From the NCBI RefSeq assembly GCF_006345805.1, contig NC_043001.1, positions 65,100,001-65,164,000 of the forward strand: a DNA stretch of 64,000 bases. Direction: 5' to 3'. The notes beneath the pieces are model-generated. The model was given only the letters and a program-made list of their open reading frames with translations. It made no database searches and was not told the origin of the DNA. Below are positions 13,353-26,294 of the stretch, in pieces; within the stretch, counting starts at the first letter, position 1; each line of letters opens with the position of its first letter. The DNA is from Octopus sinensis. Taxonomy: Eukaryota. The position numbers and the translations under genes were made by a program.

Positions 13353-13463
13353 AAAGAATATATCTTCTGGTGATCAGTCTAATTTCCCAAGAAGAAATAT
13401 TAATGAGAAGCAAAGGTGTCAACACCATAAAAAGTCAATTACAGAACAAGTTTTAATTAATAG
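13353..13463 (+). CDS. KIAA1549: Coding exon C (KNISSGDQSNFPRRNINEKQRCQHHKKSITEQVLIN)
   Basis: Acceptor ttttatttag, donor gtaatt, 111 nt, phase 2 to 2, stop-free in the required frame. Confidence 0.7.
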
Positions 13464-14239
13464 GTAATTATTGTTATTATCATTGAGTGAGAGAATAGCA
13501 CATGCCATCAAAGTGACACTGGGGTACAAATATACGAAGCCCAATATACCCATCATGACTACCCATCTGATAAGGGTACATTAGGCACAGGCATCACAAC
13601 CATATGTGTGTGACATGGTGATCTCATATCAAGATAAACAGCTCAGTTAGAATTTTCTTCAGGTTGAGTAGCCCATCCTGCTCAAAAGGTCCCTGAATAA
13701 AGATTGTTTAAGGATGTTGAACGAACCACCCATGTTTCCAAAGGTGAATTATTCAAACCCCAAAGAATTCCTCTCAACACATGGCTATGACACTATCCCA
13801 CTACTTCTGCTTGTGATTGGCCACTAAGGAACATGCTCAACTGGTCATGGTCAACCAACTGACAAACAAATCTGTGGTATTGAGAATAATATTTGCTGTA
13901 GCCAATCTTTTATACCAAGACAAAACAATCAGTTTAGACCAAATGCCATGGGAGCCACTACCTGGTACTGCATAAGGGCATTTGTTGTTGTTGTTGCAGC
14001 AGCAGCAGCAGCAGCAGCAGCTCCTCCTCCTCCTCCCAACCACACATCTATTCCTAGTTTCTGCATTGAATAGATACCATGTCAAAGGCTTTCTCTTTGT
14101 TGGCAAAAGCCATGTACAGAGGTTTATTTTTGGCTAAAGCAAATACCACCATGGGTGATATCCAGACTTCAGTGAGGAAGGGAAGCCACTGGATTTGGTT
14201 AAAAAGAGATGGTAAGCAATGGTTAGAAGAATATTGACC

Positions 14240-16140
14240 TAATAACCAGTTGATGTAGCAAGCAGGGCCTCATTTCAGTGAGAGGGTGCTGGTGTGCAAT
14301 GATGCTGTCAAGAGGAAGGCCCCAAAATGGCATGCATTCTCCTCTGATGACCCCATAAACTTTTTAGCATTCAATATGCAGACCTTCCAACTGGTAGCAC
14401 TTGCATCTGCAAGTTGTTTGCAAAAAATCTTCTGTGGTTGCCTTACCAGGAAGATGGCATCAGTAGTGCTTTTCCCTGGCACAAAACCAAACTGCATCTC
14501 ATCTAGACTAACTCTCTTCCTAATTAGTTGAGCTATGATCCTCTCTGTAATTTTCATCACCTGGTTCAGCTATTTGATACCACTGTAATTATTTTTGTCT
14601 AAGGCATCACCTTTACCCTTGTTACAGTTCACTATAATGCTACTACACCAGTTGTTGGGTATTACTCCTTCATGGAGAAACCTGATTAAGTATATAGGTG
14701 ACTAGGCTATATCTTACTCTGTCAAATATTTTAAGCATCTTAGCCATGATTCATGATGGACTGGGAGCATTAATTGCTTTATATACCACACTACAGTTGA
14801 TTTGGATAGCTGGTTCCTCTGTTGGGTCCATATTAGGTAGACTCTCCTTTCATTCATTCTCTACATTTAACAGCCTTTTATAGTGGCACTTCCACTTTCT
14901 TTGAAGAACCACTAACTGCTAATGAACTGTCATCCATGTAAATGCACTTCTTTCCTACAACATCACAATTTTCTCTGACACACTATCTTGTAATTTGAAA
15001 CACCTCAAGCCACTGATCCTCACTTCACAGAACATTGGCAAACTTCTTTCATTGTTTCTCCCCTAGCTAAATATACTTGTCTCCTAGTTTTCCTTCTAGC
15101 TACCTAATATAGTTCTCTGCTACTACCACTTTTCCAGTCTTTTTAGACCTATTTCATTACTCTAATTGCTCTGACTACTATACTGTTCCGTGATCAGGTC
15201 ATTTTAGGTTTGGTTGGGACTTTGCACAAGCCACAAATTTGGTCAATGGTCCTCGTTAAATTGTTCTGTACAAACCTCCAGTTGTCTCTATGTTATATGT
15301 TACTACCTCCTCCCTCTCACCAAATGCTTCAGTTAGAATGTCTCTAAATCTCTGAGGATCTTTAAGCTTCCAGATGTTTCTTTTCTAGACTGGTTTGTTT
15401 TTTGGCATCCTTTTAGCCTGGAGTGTGAAGTCACTAATGACTAACCTTATGTTGAGGAGTGCACTCTTCACTTGGGAAGGTCTTTGCATTTATAAGCAAC
15501 TATGTTTCTCACTTTCTGGTGAGAATGTAATAAATCTGGTTTGTATGACTATTTGACTGCTAGATGAACTGGTAACTGGCTAGTTTCCTGAAGTCAGTAT
15601 TGCAGATCATAAGGTCATTTGCATTGCAGAACTCCAGCAGCCTAGTTCCCTCCTCATTGTGGGAACTGACTCGATGAACTCCATGGGAGCCACCTGGATG
15701 CTGCCCAGCATGCTCATTGAAGTCACCAACTACAAAGAGAAGGTCAGTGTCATTTATTGATGAAGTAATCTGCAAAAGGGTGTCATAAAATCGATCTTTC
15801 TGTTCATCTGGCAACCCTGGTTGAGGAGCATAGGCATAAATAATAGTTGCTGTTCTACTTTGCAATACTAGTCTAAGTTTAAGTATGCTATCACAATCCC
15901 TAATTACCCTGATCACCTTATTAACCTATTTCTCAGCAAGAAGTATGCCCACACCACCAACTGTATCACTATTTCCTGCCAAGAAGATTTTGTACTTATG
16001 TTCTTTGAATGTGAAGAATCTAGCTGAAGCTGCTCTTCATCTTACTTTTTGAATACAACATATGTCTACATGCCTTCATTCCAGCACCTCAACAATCTCA
16101 CCAGATCTACCTTTTAATGTGCCCACGTTGAGTGTGCCAG
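14240..16140 (-). mobile_element. RTE-clade LINE, 5' half (APE endonuclease and RT start), degraded
   Basis: IIYAYAPQPGLPDEQKDRFYD...GDFNEH (15560-15916) and LDEMQFGFVPGKSTTDAIFLVRQ (14270-14560). Homologous to 45520-47050. Confidence 0.9.
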
Positions 16141-16732
16141 AAGGGTGGATATGGGTGATGTAGGGGTGGCAAGAGGGGAGCAGGGGGATGGAGGACTGCA
16201 TTCTGCATCTGAAAAGGTGGCTTGCATGGACATTTGCAAGATATATTATAAAAGTTCATATAAGTTTCACCTTGCATTTAATTTACTGTTATTCACATTA
16301 GCCACATCTACCAGAAGAAGATGGAGTGGTATAAACCATTGCTTACATAAAGATAAAATAGTGCTGATAATTAACCAACTGGCAAGTACACTTGTCATTT
16401 ATCCATTTCCTATGCAAGCAAGCTAGTTGTGACTTTTTATATCATAGTACTGTTGCTGCTAGTAAACTGATGTAAGATGGAGGGAGGGGGTTTCCTTTTA
16501 GAGAAGAAAGGTTCCAAGTGAAAGACTTTTGATATAGGCAGTGATGGTGGGATGGGAGCATGCACCAAGACTAGCCAAGCCACATGGCTACCCCATAGCA
16601 GAAACATTGTAATAAAGGAGACCAGATAAAATATTCAACAGGCTAAAACAATGCAACTTCCAAAACGAAATTTTAAAGATGACACAGAAATAAGCAACAA
16701 CAAAATAGCTTGAGAGAAGGTATAGATATATA

Positions 16733-16739
16733 CATAAAC

Positions 16740-16772
<33 letters not shown>

Positions 16773-16855
16773 TGTATGTATGTACGTACATATACATACA
16801 TACACACACACACACACATACACACGCATACACATATACATTTATACATATACAT
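16733..16855. repeat. Compound (TATG)n/(CA)n microsatellite
   Basis: Seen directly. It produces spurious YVCM/HTYI ORFs. Confidence 0.95.
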
Positions 16856-16934
16856 ACTTTCCCTGTTCATATTTGATGGACATATAGCAGTACACAAGCT
16901 GACTCAAGAAATCTCTAGTGAAGCTTTTTATTGA

Positions 16935-16975
16935 TGTACCTGAAGAGATCTAGAACGGGTTGAAACATGTTGTAC
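16935..16975 (+). ncRNA. Degenerate minimal type I hammerhead ribozyme (Penelope pLTR type)
   Basis: GTAC-CTGAAGA-GATCT agaac GGGTT-GAAA-CATG-TT-GTAC, followed by AATAAA. The differences from a canonical GAAACGCGTC look like CpG decay. Confidence 0.6.
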
Positions 16976-17162
16976 CCAATAAAGTCTATTACTCATTCCA
17001 TCTCCTATTTTATTAATACTGTTACCCTAACTACCACTATGAAGTTCCTGCAGTAAATCTATGGATAACAACAGATAATTGAAACTGTACCGGTGCTTTA
17101 CTCATCATCCATTTATACATTTTGTACAATTTCTTCATTATATATGTGTGTGTGTGTGTGTG

Positions 17163-20100
17163 TGTTGTGAATATCGCTAGTCAATAGAATTCAAAGTTCT
17201 GGAACTTGCGAGAATGTTTACAAGGTGTCTCGATTTTTGGTTTACATTATTATTACAATCTTGAGTTTTACAGTTGGAATAAACAGACTTCGCACCTGTC
17301 TGGAGTACCACTGTGTTTTCTTCTTTGTGAGTAAACAAGAGAAGTATATTGAACCACAGACAACACACCTATCTGGATTATTACTCTATTCTTTGTAAGT
17401 AAACAAGAGAAATATAACAAATTGGCATCGCCAATAGGATACTGTTGTCATTTTTGTGAAGTGACATCTTATGATGGGGTAAAAAAGACTATTCTTGTAG
17501 AGTGGACTTTTTACTTTGGCGCTCAGATATAATTATTTGAAAGGTAAACAACCAGTTTTGCACATATGCTTCATTTTAGATAAAGCAATAATTTAACTAT
17601 TTTTACATTGATAACAATGGCAAAACAAAGCGGTGAGCTGATAGAGTTACTCAACTTCAGAGGGAACAAATGGAGGGATAGACACAACAGTACAGAGAAG
17701 ATATGGAAGCTTTGAGAAGGCTGATTCAAGTTCACATTTCTGAAAAAGATTCCAGTCCAAGTTCCCGTATTCCAACTTCTACTGCTATCCCACCATTTGT
17801 TGCTTTTGACTCAGCATCTGAATTGTGGCCTGATTATTGGACAAGATTCTGCACCTTTATTATGGCAAACACTGTACCTGACCAGCACAAGGCTCAAATG
17901 TTTTTGACAAATTAAACTGTTGCCATTTATAAACAACTGGCGAATCTGGCTAATCAACAGAGTCCACCAAAGGATATTAATGAGCTGACAAAAGAGAAAA
18001 ATGCCAGCTTTATGAAGGAACAATTTAACCCAGAACATTTCAAGTTCTCGAGTGACATGCAACAGAAGCCTGGTGAAACTCTCCAGGATGTTGCTACCTG
18101 TGACTTTCCTTCTATAACAAACCCTCAAGACGAAGCTCTTAGATACAGATTCGTATGTTCTGTCAGCAATAAAGCTGTCTTAAAGGCTCTTTATAAGATC
18201 AAGGACACGCTGTCCAAGTCGCAACTGAGACCAAAGATGCAGCAAAGGTTGTCAAATACACTGTCTACAATTCCAAGACCAGGCCTGTCAACAAGATCGA
18301 GCAAACCCAGAATAAGGGTCAATGAATAAACCACCAGCAGTCTAATTCCACAGACCCTGAGTTGAAGTCTTACAGATGTGGAAAGGCCTATAAAGTGACA
18401 AACTGCTCCTGCAAAGAAGTCAAATGTCACTTTTGTGACAAGAAAGGACATTTGGAAGCTGTTTGTAAGAAGAAGCAATGGGAACATTGTTCCAAACCTT
18501 CTGTGAAGAGAATCACAGAATCCTGAGTGAATTTCCTGATGATACTTCTAAGTTAGTTGTACCAATAACTATCCAGGACCAACAGTTCATGATGGAACTT
18601 GACACTGCAATTACTAGAAATTTCGTTTCTTTGCTGATCTGGAAACAACTAGGAAAACTGAAGCTGGATGATGTCAGACATCGTTACAAGTCTGCCAGCA
18701 AGCATGACCTGCCTGTGCTGGGAACTTTCATGGCTGAAACCAAGAATCCAATGACTGGTAAAGAAAGCACAATTCCTTACATTGTCACCAAAATCCTTGA
18801 CCTGAACTTGCTGGGATAAAACGATATCCAGACACTAGGAATTTCTGTAGACAATGCTCTTGGACTGAAATGTATAGAGAGTTAAGACAAGAGTAAGCAT
18901 GCAAAAACATCACATCCTAAATCCTCTAACGAGCTTAAACTTCCCTGCAATGACATTGCCACAATCTCTGTGATGAGTTTCCAAATCTTTTCAAAGAAGA
19001 ATTGGGATGTCTTAAGGATTTCAAACTGGAAGTAAAATTCAAGTCTGATGTGAAGCTGTTTTTTCACATGGCATGACTGGTTCCATTCACTCTTTGTGCT
19101 GACCTGGCCAAATATTACGAAGAAGGTATCGCAAAGGAGTCTGGAAGCAAGTCCAGTTCAATGAGTACGGAATGCCAGTGGTACCGATTTGCAAAGCACA
19201 TAATCTGGGAACACTGAAACCCAAGTTACAGATTTGTGATATCTACTCAGTTGGCATCAACAATCAGCTAGAAGAACACTGTCATCCAATGCCACTCCTA
19301 GAGGAACTGATGCAGAAGCTGGGAGGTGGATGCGGTTATACAAAGATTAACTTTGCTGATGCTTACAACCAGACCAGACAGGCAGCAGAGAGTCAACGAA
19401 GGCTAGCTCTCAGCACACTTCGTGGAGTACTCCTGCAGCAACAACTCCCATTTGGAATTAAATCAGTGCCTGCTTACTTCCTGGAGATTATGGAAAATCT
19501 GACCAGTGATCTGCCTGGAGTTGCTGTTTTCCAAGATGATATGCTTGTTAGCAAGAAAGACACAAATAACCATTTGAGCAACCTGAGGCATTTGCTCTCT
19601 CGTCTGAACGACAAAGGACTCAAGTGTCACCATGAAAAGTGCTTGTTCACACAAACCAATGTGGACTATCTTGGCCACACCTTATCAGCCGAAGGAATCG
19701 TGAAGGGATCCAAAGTTGAGGCAGTCATGAAGATGCCACCTCCTATAGATGTCTCAAGCTGAAAGTCTTTCTTGGGTTTGGTTCAGTTCTACAGGAAGTT
19801 TATCCCAAACCTGGCCACTATGGTTGAGCCACTTTACTATTTAACCAAGAAGGCACTTCCTTGGAAGTGGGGAGATGAGGAGCAAAGAGTGTTTAAACAG
19901 TTGAAAAGATTACTATCTTCAGATCAAGTCCTTGTACATTTCAACCCAGACAAGCCTCTTGGACTGGTTTGTGACGCATCCAACGTCAGAATTGGAGCTA
20001 TCTTGTTTCATCGCTATCTAGATGGAAGTGAGTGCCGATTTGCCAATGTGTCCAAGACTCTCACATTTGCGTAAAGAAACTACAACCAAATCCACAAGGA

Positions 20101-21925
20101 AGCCCTATCCATTATCTTTGGCTTGCAGAAATACTACCAGTATCCGTACGGATGTCAGTTCATACTGGTGACTGATCATAAACCAGACAGCACTGTTTGG
20201 CCCGAAGGAAGGGACACCACTTCTTGCAGCCAACCGACTAGCTTGATAGGCTTTATGGCTGAACCAGTTTGACTACACAATTGAATACCAGAAAACAGTG
20301 GATCATGGCAATGACAACAACTTCATCAAGGGGAAAAGTGGTGAAGACATGGACATGGTGTGCACCATTAGAGTTCTCCATTTTCAAGTCAAACCTTTAG
20401 ATGGAAACATCCTCTGTTAGACTCCAGCAATAACTACAGTGATGCACTATGTCTATGAAGGGCGCCACTGAAGCACACTGAGATGAAGTTGAAAAGTTCT
20501 GGAAGTTGTTCGATTCACTCAGTATCTACCATGGATGCCTCATCCATGGATCAAGAGTTGTGATTCCACAGAGCCTACAGTCCAATATCCTAGATCTACT
20601 GCATATCAGACACTTCGGCATGGAACGTATGAAGTAATTAGCAAGAACCACTTTCTACTGGCCTGGTATTGATGCAGCTATTGAAATAGCTAGTCAACGA
20701 TGTGACTTATGTGGCAAACATCAAAACAAGCCATCCAAACCTGCAGTTCACCCATGGATACTACCAGAGAAGCCATGGAGGTGCTTATACATGGATCATG
20801 CTATCAACTTCATGGGTACAAACTGGCTGGTGATCACAGGTGCTTTCTCACGATTTCCATGTATTCATCCAACATCATCCACATCCACTAGAGCCACTCT
20901 AGATCTGCTAGAAGACTTCACTAACTTCAGATATCCTCACATGCTGGTCACAGACAATGTATCAACTTTCCTTTCTGAAGAATGTCAGAGCTGGTGCAAA
21001 GAATGTGGGATCATACACCTGACAGGTGCACCATACTATCCAGCTACTAATGGAGCAGCAGTATGTTTGGTACAATCTTTTAAGCAGGCACTGAGAAAGT
21101 CTTCTCTGTTCCCAAAATGAGCTTTTCAGGCGTTTTTGATGGAGTACTGGTGAATGCCAGCATCCTGTGGACTCTCTCCAAGCGAACTCTTGATGTCTCA
21201 GCAGATTCGGACTAGGATTGACTCTTTGCTGCCCTCACCAGCACACATAGCTCAGAGCAAGCAATCCAAGGTGTCATAAAATGCAGAGATGACAACAGAT
21301 TCAGGAGGTGTCACCAAGGTAACCAAACAGTACAAGACTGGTCATCCTGTATATGCACTGTACTACGAACCTCGCCATGACAAGCAGCCCCAATGGAGAG
21401 CAGCAGTCATCATGAAGTCTTTGGGTATGTCAAGGTTTTCCTTATGGCATAGTATGGAGATGGCACTGGGAACAACTACATCCATGCTATGCTTTTGCAG
21501 AGGACTGTGAACCTAGCAATGAGACTGACAATACTTCCAAACTTCCAACAGATCATCCAATGGAAATCCTGGAAGAAATGTCACAAACTCAGAGACAGAC
21601 AAGACCACTTCTATCCAAAACCAAACCGCTTGTACCAGAGTATGAACCGGACAACTCTAGACAATCCAAAAGAACACCCAAGCCTAGAAAGAGAATTTGT
21701 TGTTGATCCTTCTAGTGTAGCATCAGTTTTGGTGGGGAGGTGTTGTGGAGATCACTAGTCAATAGAATTTAAAGTTCTGGAACTCATGAGAACATTCACA
21801 AGGCGTCTCGATTTTTGCTTTATGTTATTATTACAGTCTTGAGTTTTACAGTTGGAATAAACAGACTTCACACCTATCTGGAGTACCACTGTGTTTTCTT
21901 CTTTGAAAATAAACAAGAGAATATA
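17163..21925 (+). mobile_element. Ty3/Gypsy (Mag/K02A2.6-like) LTR retrotransposon, near full length, many stops and frameshifts
   Basis: LTRs at 17163-17419 and 21741-~21925 (tgttgtg..., roughly 10% divergent by eye). PBS-like TGGCATCGCC at 17423 and PPT ggtggggagg before the 3' LTR. Gag PPFVAFDSASELWPDYWTRF, zinc knuckles CHFCDKKGHLEAVC, protease MELDTAIT, RT FQDDMLVS, RNase H LVCDASNVRIGAIL, integrase YYPATNGAAVCLVQSFK. Confidence 0.93.
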
Positions 21926-21929
21926 TATG

Positions 21930-21992
<63 letters not shown>

Positions 21993-22167
21993 CCCACTCA
22001 CATATATATATGTGTGTGGGAAATTGACTGGCAAATGTTGGTGCTGCCACCTACAGTTGCTTTCAGAGTAAGAGAGCGAGAGAAAGAGAGTTTACTAAGA
22101 AATAAAAAGGAAGGCAAAGATTTTGTTTAAGGGGACAGAACCACTCAGAGTCTATATTGTTTTTGTG

Positions 22168-22199
<32 letters not shown>

Positions 22200-22202
<3 letters not shown>

Positions 22203-22392
22203 TAAAAACAGTAAGATAACAAAAGAAAGAAAGAGACCTCAATATTATGTAAATAGAGGAAATTTATCTGTAAAATAATATGTGACAATTATTCGGTTAT
22301 CTGAAGAGATGGCGGTGTGGATTTCCACCTCGGCATCTGAAACTCAGAGTTTTATCTTGGCTACTGAATAATTGTCACATATTATTTTACAG

Positions 22393-22395
<3 letters not shown>
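22200..22395. mobile_element. Short fold-back element between (TA)n tracts carrying a hammerhead-like motif (same family as 43083-43290)
   Basis: Arms atctgtaaaataatatgtgacaattattc / gaataattgtcacatattattttacagat enclose CTGAAGA-GATG...CATC-TGAAA-CTCAGAG-TT-TTATC. It shares the terminus ggtaaaa..gtaagataacaaaagaaagaaagag with 43083. Confidence 0.6.
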
Positions 22396-22425
<30 letters not shown>

Positions 22426-22431
22426 ATATAT

Positions 22432-22830
22432 ATCATCATCATCATCATCTAACATCCGTTTTCCATACTAGCATGGGTTGATTGTTCGACCGGGGTCTGG
22501 GAAGCCAGGAGGCTGCACCAGGCTTCAGTCTGATCTGGCAGTGTTTCTACAGCTGGATGCTCTTCCTAACGCCAACCACTCGGTGAGTGTAGTGAGTGCT
22601 TTTTACATGTCACCGGCACAGGTGCCAGGCGAAGCTGGCAATGGCCATGATCAGTTGGTGCCTTTTACGCACCACCAACACGGAAGCCAGTCAAGGTAGC
22701 ACTGGCAAGGCTACATTCAGATGGTGCATTTTACGTGCCACTGGCACAGGTATCACAACTACAATTTCCATTTGATTTTTTGATGTTGATGGATTTGACT
22801 CAATAGGTCTCCTCAAGCACAGTGTGTCAT
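22432..22830 (-). mobile_element. RTE LINE 3' UTR fragment with (CAT)n tail
   Basis: (CAT)n followed by aacatccgttttccatactagcatgggttg..., homologous to 22858-23200 and 48700-48905. Confidence 0.8.
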
Positions 22831-22857
22831 CATCACAGTGTGTGTGTATATATATAT

Positions 22858-24552
22858 CATCGTCATCATCATCATCATTTAACGTCCGCTTTCCATGCTA
22901 GCATGTGTTGAACAATTTGACTGAGGACTGGTGAACCAGATGGCTGTGCCAGGCTCCAATCTGATCTGGCAGAGCTTCCACAGCCGGATGCCCTTCCTAA
23001 CACCAACTACTCCGAGAGTGCAGTGGGTGCTTTTACGTGTCACCTGCATGAGGGCCAGTCTGGTGGTACTGGCTATGGCCATGCTCGAAATGGTGTTTCT
23101 TTACGTGCCACCTGCACAGGAGTCACTCCAGCGGCACTGGCAACGACCTTGCTCGAATGATTTGTTTAAGTGCCAGTAAGGTGACGCCGGTAACGATCAC
23201 GCTCAAATGGTGCTTTTTACATGACCACCGGCATGGAAGCCAGACACCTGCTCTGGCAGTGATCCTGCTTGGATGGGGCTGTTAGTGCTCCACTGGCACG
23301 GGTGCCAGTCATCGAATTTGGTTCAATTTCGATTTCACTTGCCCCAACAGGTCTTTGCAAGCAGAGTTTAGTGTCCAATGAAGGGAGGTTGGCATGGGAG
23401 CCAGTTGTTGGATTTGGTTCGATTTCGAATTCAATTTCGATTTCACTTGCCTCAACAGGTCTTCGCAAGCAGAGTTTTATGTCCAAAGAAGGAAAGGTAT
23501 GCATAAGTGGGCTGGCTACAACCCTGGAAAAGGCCACAGGTTGTGGTCTCACTTGTCCTGCCGGGTCTTCTCATGCACAGCATATTTCCAAAGTTCTCGG
23601 TCACTAGTCATTGCCTCGGTGATGCCTAATGTTCGAAGGTCGTGCTTCACGACCTTGTCCCAGGTTTTCCTGGGTCTACCTCTTCCACAAGTTCCCTCAA
23701 CCACTAGGGTGTAGCACTTTTTCACACACCTGTCTTCATCCATTCTCGCCACATGACCATACCAGCGTAATCGTCTCTCTTGCACACCACAACTGATGCT
23801 TCTTAGGTCCAACATTTATCTCAAGGTACTTACACTCTGTTGAGTATGTACACTGACATTACACATCCATTGGAGCATACTGGCTTCATTTCTTGCGAGC
23901 TTATGCATGTCCTCAGCAGTCACGGCCCATATTTCACTGCCATGTATCATGGCTGTTCGTACACATGCATCATACAGTCTGCCTTTTACTCTGAGCGAGA
24001 GGCCTTTTGTCACCATCAGAGGTAAGAGCTCTCTGAACTTTGCCCAGGCTATTCTTACTCTAGCAGTTACACTTTCAGCACACCCACCTCCGCTGCTGAC
24101 TTGGTCACCTAGGTAATGGAAGCTATCAACTACTTCTAGTTTTTCTCCCTGGAACGTGGCGGAAGTTGTTCTCCACACATTTTCAGTGTCTGTTGCTCCT
24201 GAGCATCTGCCACATACAAAAACTATCTTCCTAGTTAGCCTTCCTTTGATATTGCTGCACCTCTTATGTGTCCATAGCTTACACTGGGTACATCTTATAG
24301 AGTTTCTACCTACGCCTTTTCTACAGATCGAGCAGGGTCATCTACCTGAAGGCGTTTGTGGTTTGTCTACCTTCCTACTTATTAGGACTTTGGTTTTATC
24401 GAGTTTGACTCTAAGGCCCTCATGATTCTAATCCTTGCTTCCACACTTGAAACTTCTCCTCTAGTTCTGATAGTGACTCAGCAATTAGAGCAAGATCATC
24501 AGCATAGAGGAGCTCCCAGGGGCATCCTGTCTTGAATTCCTCTGTTATTGCC

Positions 24553-24555
<3 letters not shown>
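22858..24555 (-). mobile_element. RTE LINE, 3' half (RT C-terminus with PHD-like insert, 3' UTR, (CAT)n tail)
   Basis: ELLYADDL region at about 24480-24520, FQGEKLEVVDSFHYLGDQ, RRLRWYGHVARMDE, GRGRPRKTW and the (CAT)n tail. Confidence 0.92.
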
Positions 24556-24599
<44 letters not shown>

Positions 24600-25230
24600 G
24601 TATATATATGTATATATATATATGGCAGTAAATGTTATGTATAATGGTGTTGTTGAACAATTTATGGGAGCTAAAGATTAAAAGTGTTTGTCACTATCCA
24701 AGTAATGTCTATCCATGTGTGTAGAAGGCTAGAAGGTACTCAGCTCACAGTAGGATAGAACCACTATTTAACATCAGATATTGGCTTTATTTTAACTATA
24801 CAAAACCTTGCAACTTTGAAAGATGATTTCTCAGGTGAAGAAGCATATTTGAAGGTAATTTTATTTGATGACAATTTTGGTTTGTTTTAACAGTTTTGTT
24901 TACATGTTGATATTTTGAATATATGTTTTGACATTTCTGATTATTAGACAACTTCTGTCTCCAATCTGTTCCAGTATCTATTAACTATACTCTTTCCCTC
25001 AATTAACAAATTCCTCTTTCAATTAAATTTATTCTTTGCGTTTCAAGTTACTCTACTCCTCTCCCACTTTAGCAAGGCAACTTTCACTAGTTGGTGCATA
25101 TTACTGTAGAAAGAAATGAATATTGAGAAAATTAATTAATCTACAATCATGTCAGTACTTATTGATTACTGATAAATATATTTCTATTTGGAAAATTAAA
25201 ATTTATTATTTCCTTCTTCCCTATTTTCAG

Positions 25231-25271
25231 GAAACCATTTATGTCACAATCTTTTCATGAACCAAATCATG
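25231..25271 (+). CDS. KIAA1549: Coding exon D (KPFMSQSFHEPNH)
   Basis: Strong acceptor cttccctattttcag, donor gtaagt, 41 nt, phase 2 to 1. Confidence 0.8.
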
Positions 25272-25357
25272 GTAAGTGTTTAGAATTGTCTCACATTTTA
25301 TAAATGTTGGTTTTATAGAAATGTTTCTGATATATATTTCTGTTATATATTTTACAG

Positions 25358-25491
25358 AGATGCAACATGTTCCAAAGTACTCCCAGTATCAGCAATGTAA
25401 GTGTGCTCCTCAACTTGGTTATTCTAGATATAATATTTCTCCTTCGTGGAACAAAGCAGGAGATGAACTGAGCAAAATTTCTTCTGATGAA
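25358..25491 (+). CDS. KIAA1549: Coding exon E (EMQHVPKYSQYQQCKCAPQLGYSRYNISPSWNKAGDELSKISSDE)
   Basis: Acceptor tttacag, donor gtaagt, 134 nt, phase 1 to 0, after an 86-nt intron. Confidence 0.85.
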
Positions 25492-26294
25492 GTAAGTTTT
25501 ATTGTAATTTTGGTTTTAATAAACTTTCATTACAGTCATTGTTATCGTTGTCATGATCATCATCATCTCCCCCTCCCCCCTCCTATACGCCCCTCCTCCT
25601 CCCCGCCTCCCCACCACCATCACCACCACCACCACCACCACCTCTGACACTGTCGTCATCATCATCATCATTGTCATTATCATAAGAATTCCTGAGAAGT
25701 GGAAATGGTTATTATGAAATAAGGATATGAAAAGGAGTGAGGAATCTATTGAGTAGGGGTAGAGTAAGAGATCACCTGAGGGGAGAGAGGGGCCAATTGA
25801 GAAAAGAGAGAGATCAACTGAGAGGGGAGAAAGAACAGGAGAGATCTCCAGAGAAGATGTGAGGTAGAAAGTAATATAAGACAATGGTTGGAGACCTGGG
25901 AAGTTAGATGGTGTCACTAGAGCATCAGCTAAGATATCTTGCAGTATTTGTTTCAGTTTTGAATTCAAATGTTGTCAAGATCACCTTTACCTTTTGTCCT
26001 TTTGGGGGAGTTGATAACATTTAATACCTGTCCAGGATGGTGGAACAGAGAAAGCATTTGAAGTTCAGTTTAGATATTCTAAGAATATCAATCCTCACAT
26101 GATGAAATATGGTAAGATGAAATATCATAGTGCAGTCAATGTGGAAGAGAGACTGGAAACATGATGATGATGATGGTGGTGGTGATGACAATGATGATGA
26201 TGATGACGACATGGTGTTGGTGGTGGTAGTTATGTGACATGAGAAGGACATGGCTGATGACATAAACTAATTTTAATTTAATTTTTTTTTGTAG

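Noticed and set aside
16588-16934. ORFs made of YVCM/HTYI/YI repeats here and at about 21800, 42760, 53670, 57100 and 58050-58680
   Set aside because: These are translations of (TATG)n, (CA)n and (TA)n microsatellites.
24759-24854. Possible extra 96-nt exon (NHYLTSDIGF...GEEAYLK) with ag/gtaatt ends
   Set aside because: It is phase 0 to 0, incompatible with the phase 2 to 2 junction between exons C and D, and it lacks a polypyrimidine tract.
25516-25968. 150-aa minus-strand ORF in the last intron
   Set aside because: It is partly made of (CAT)n/(CAC)n repeats and partly purine-biased sequence. It could be a LINE remnant but no motif is convincing.
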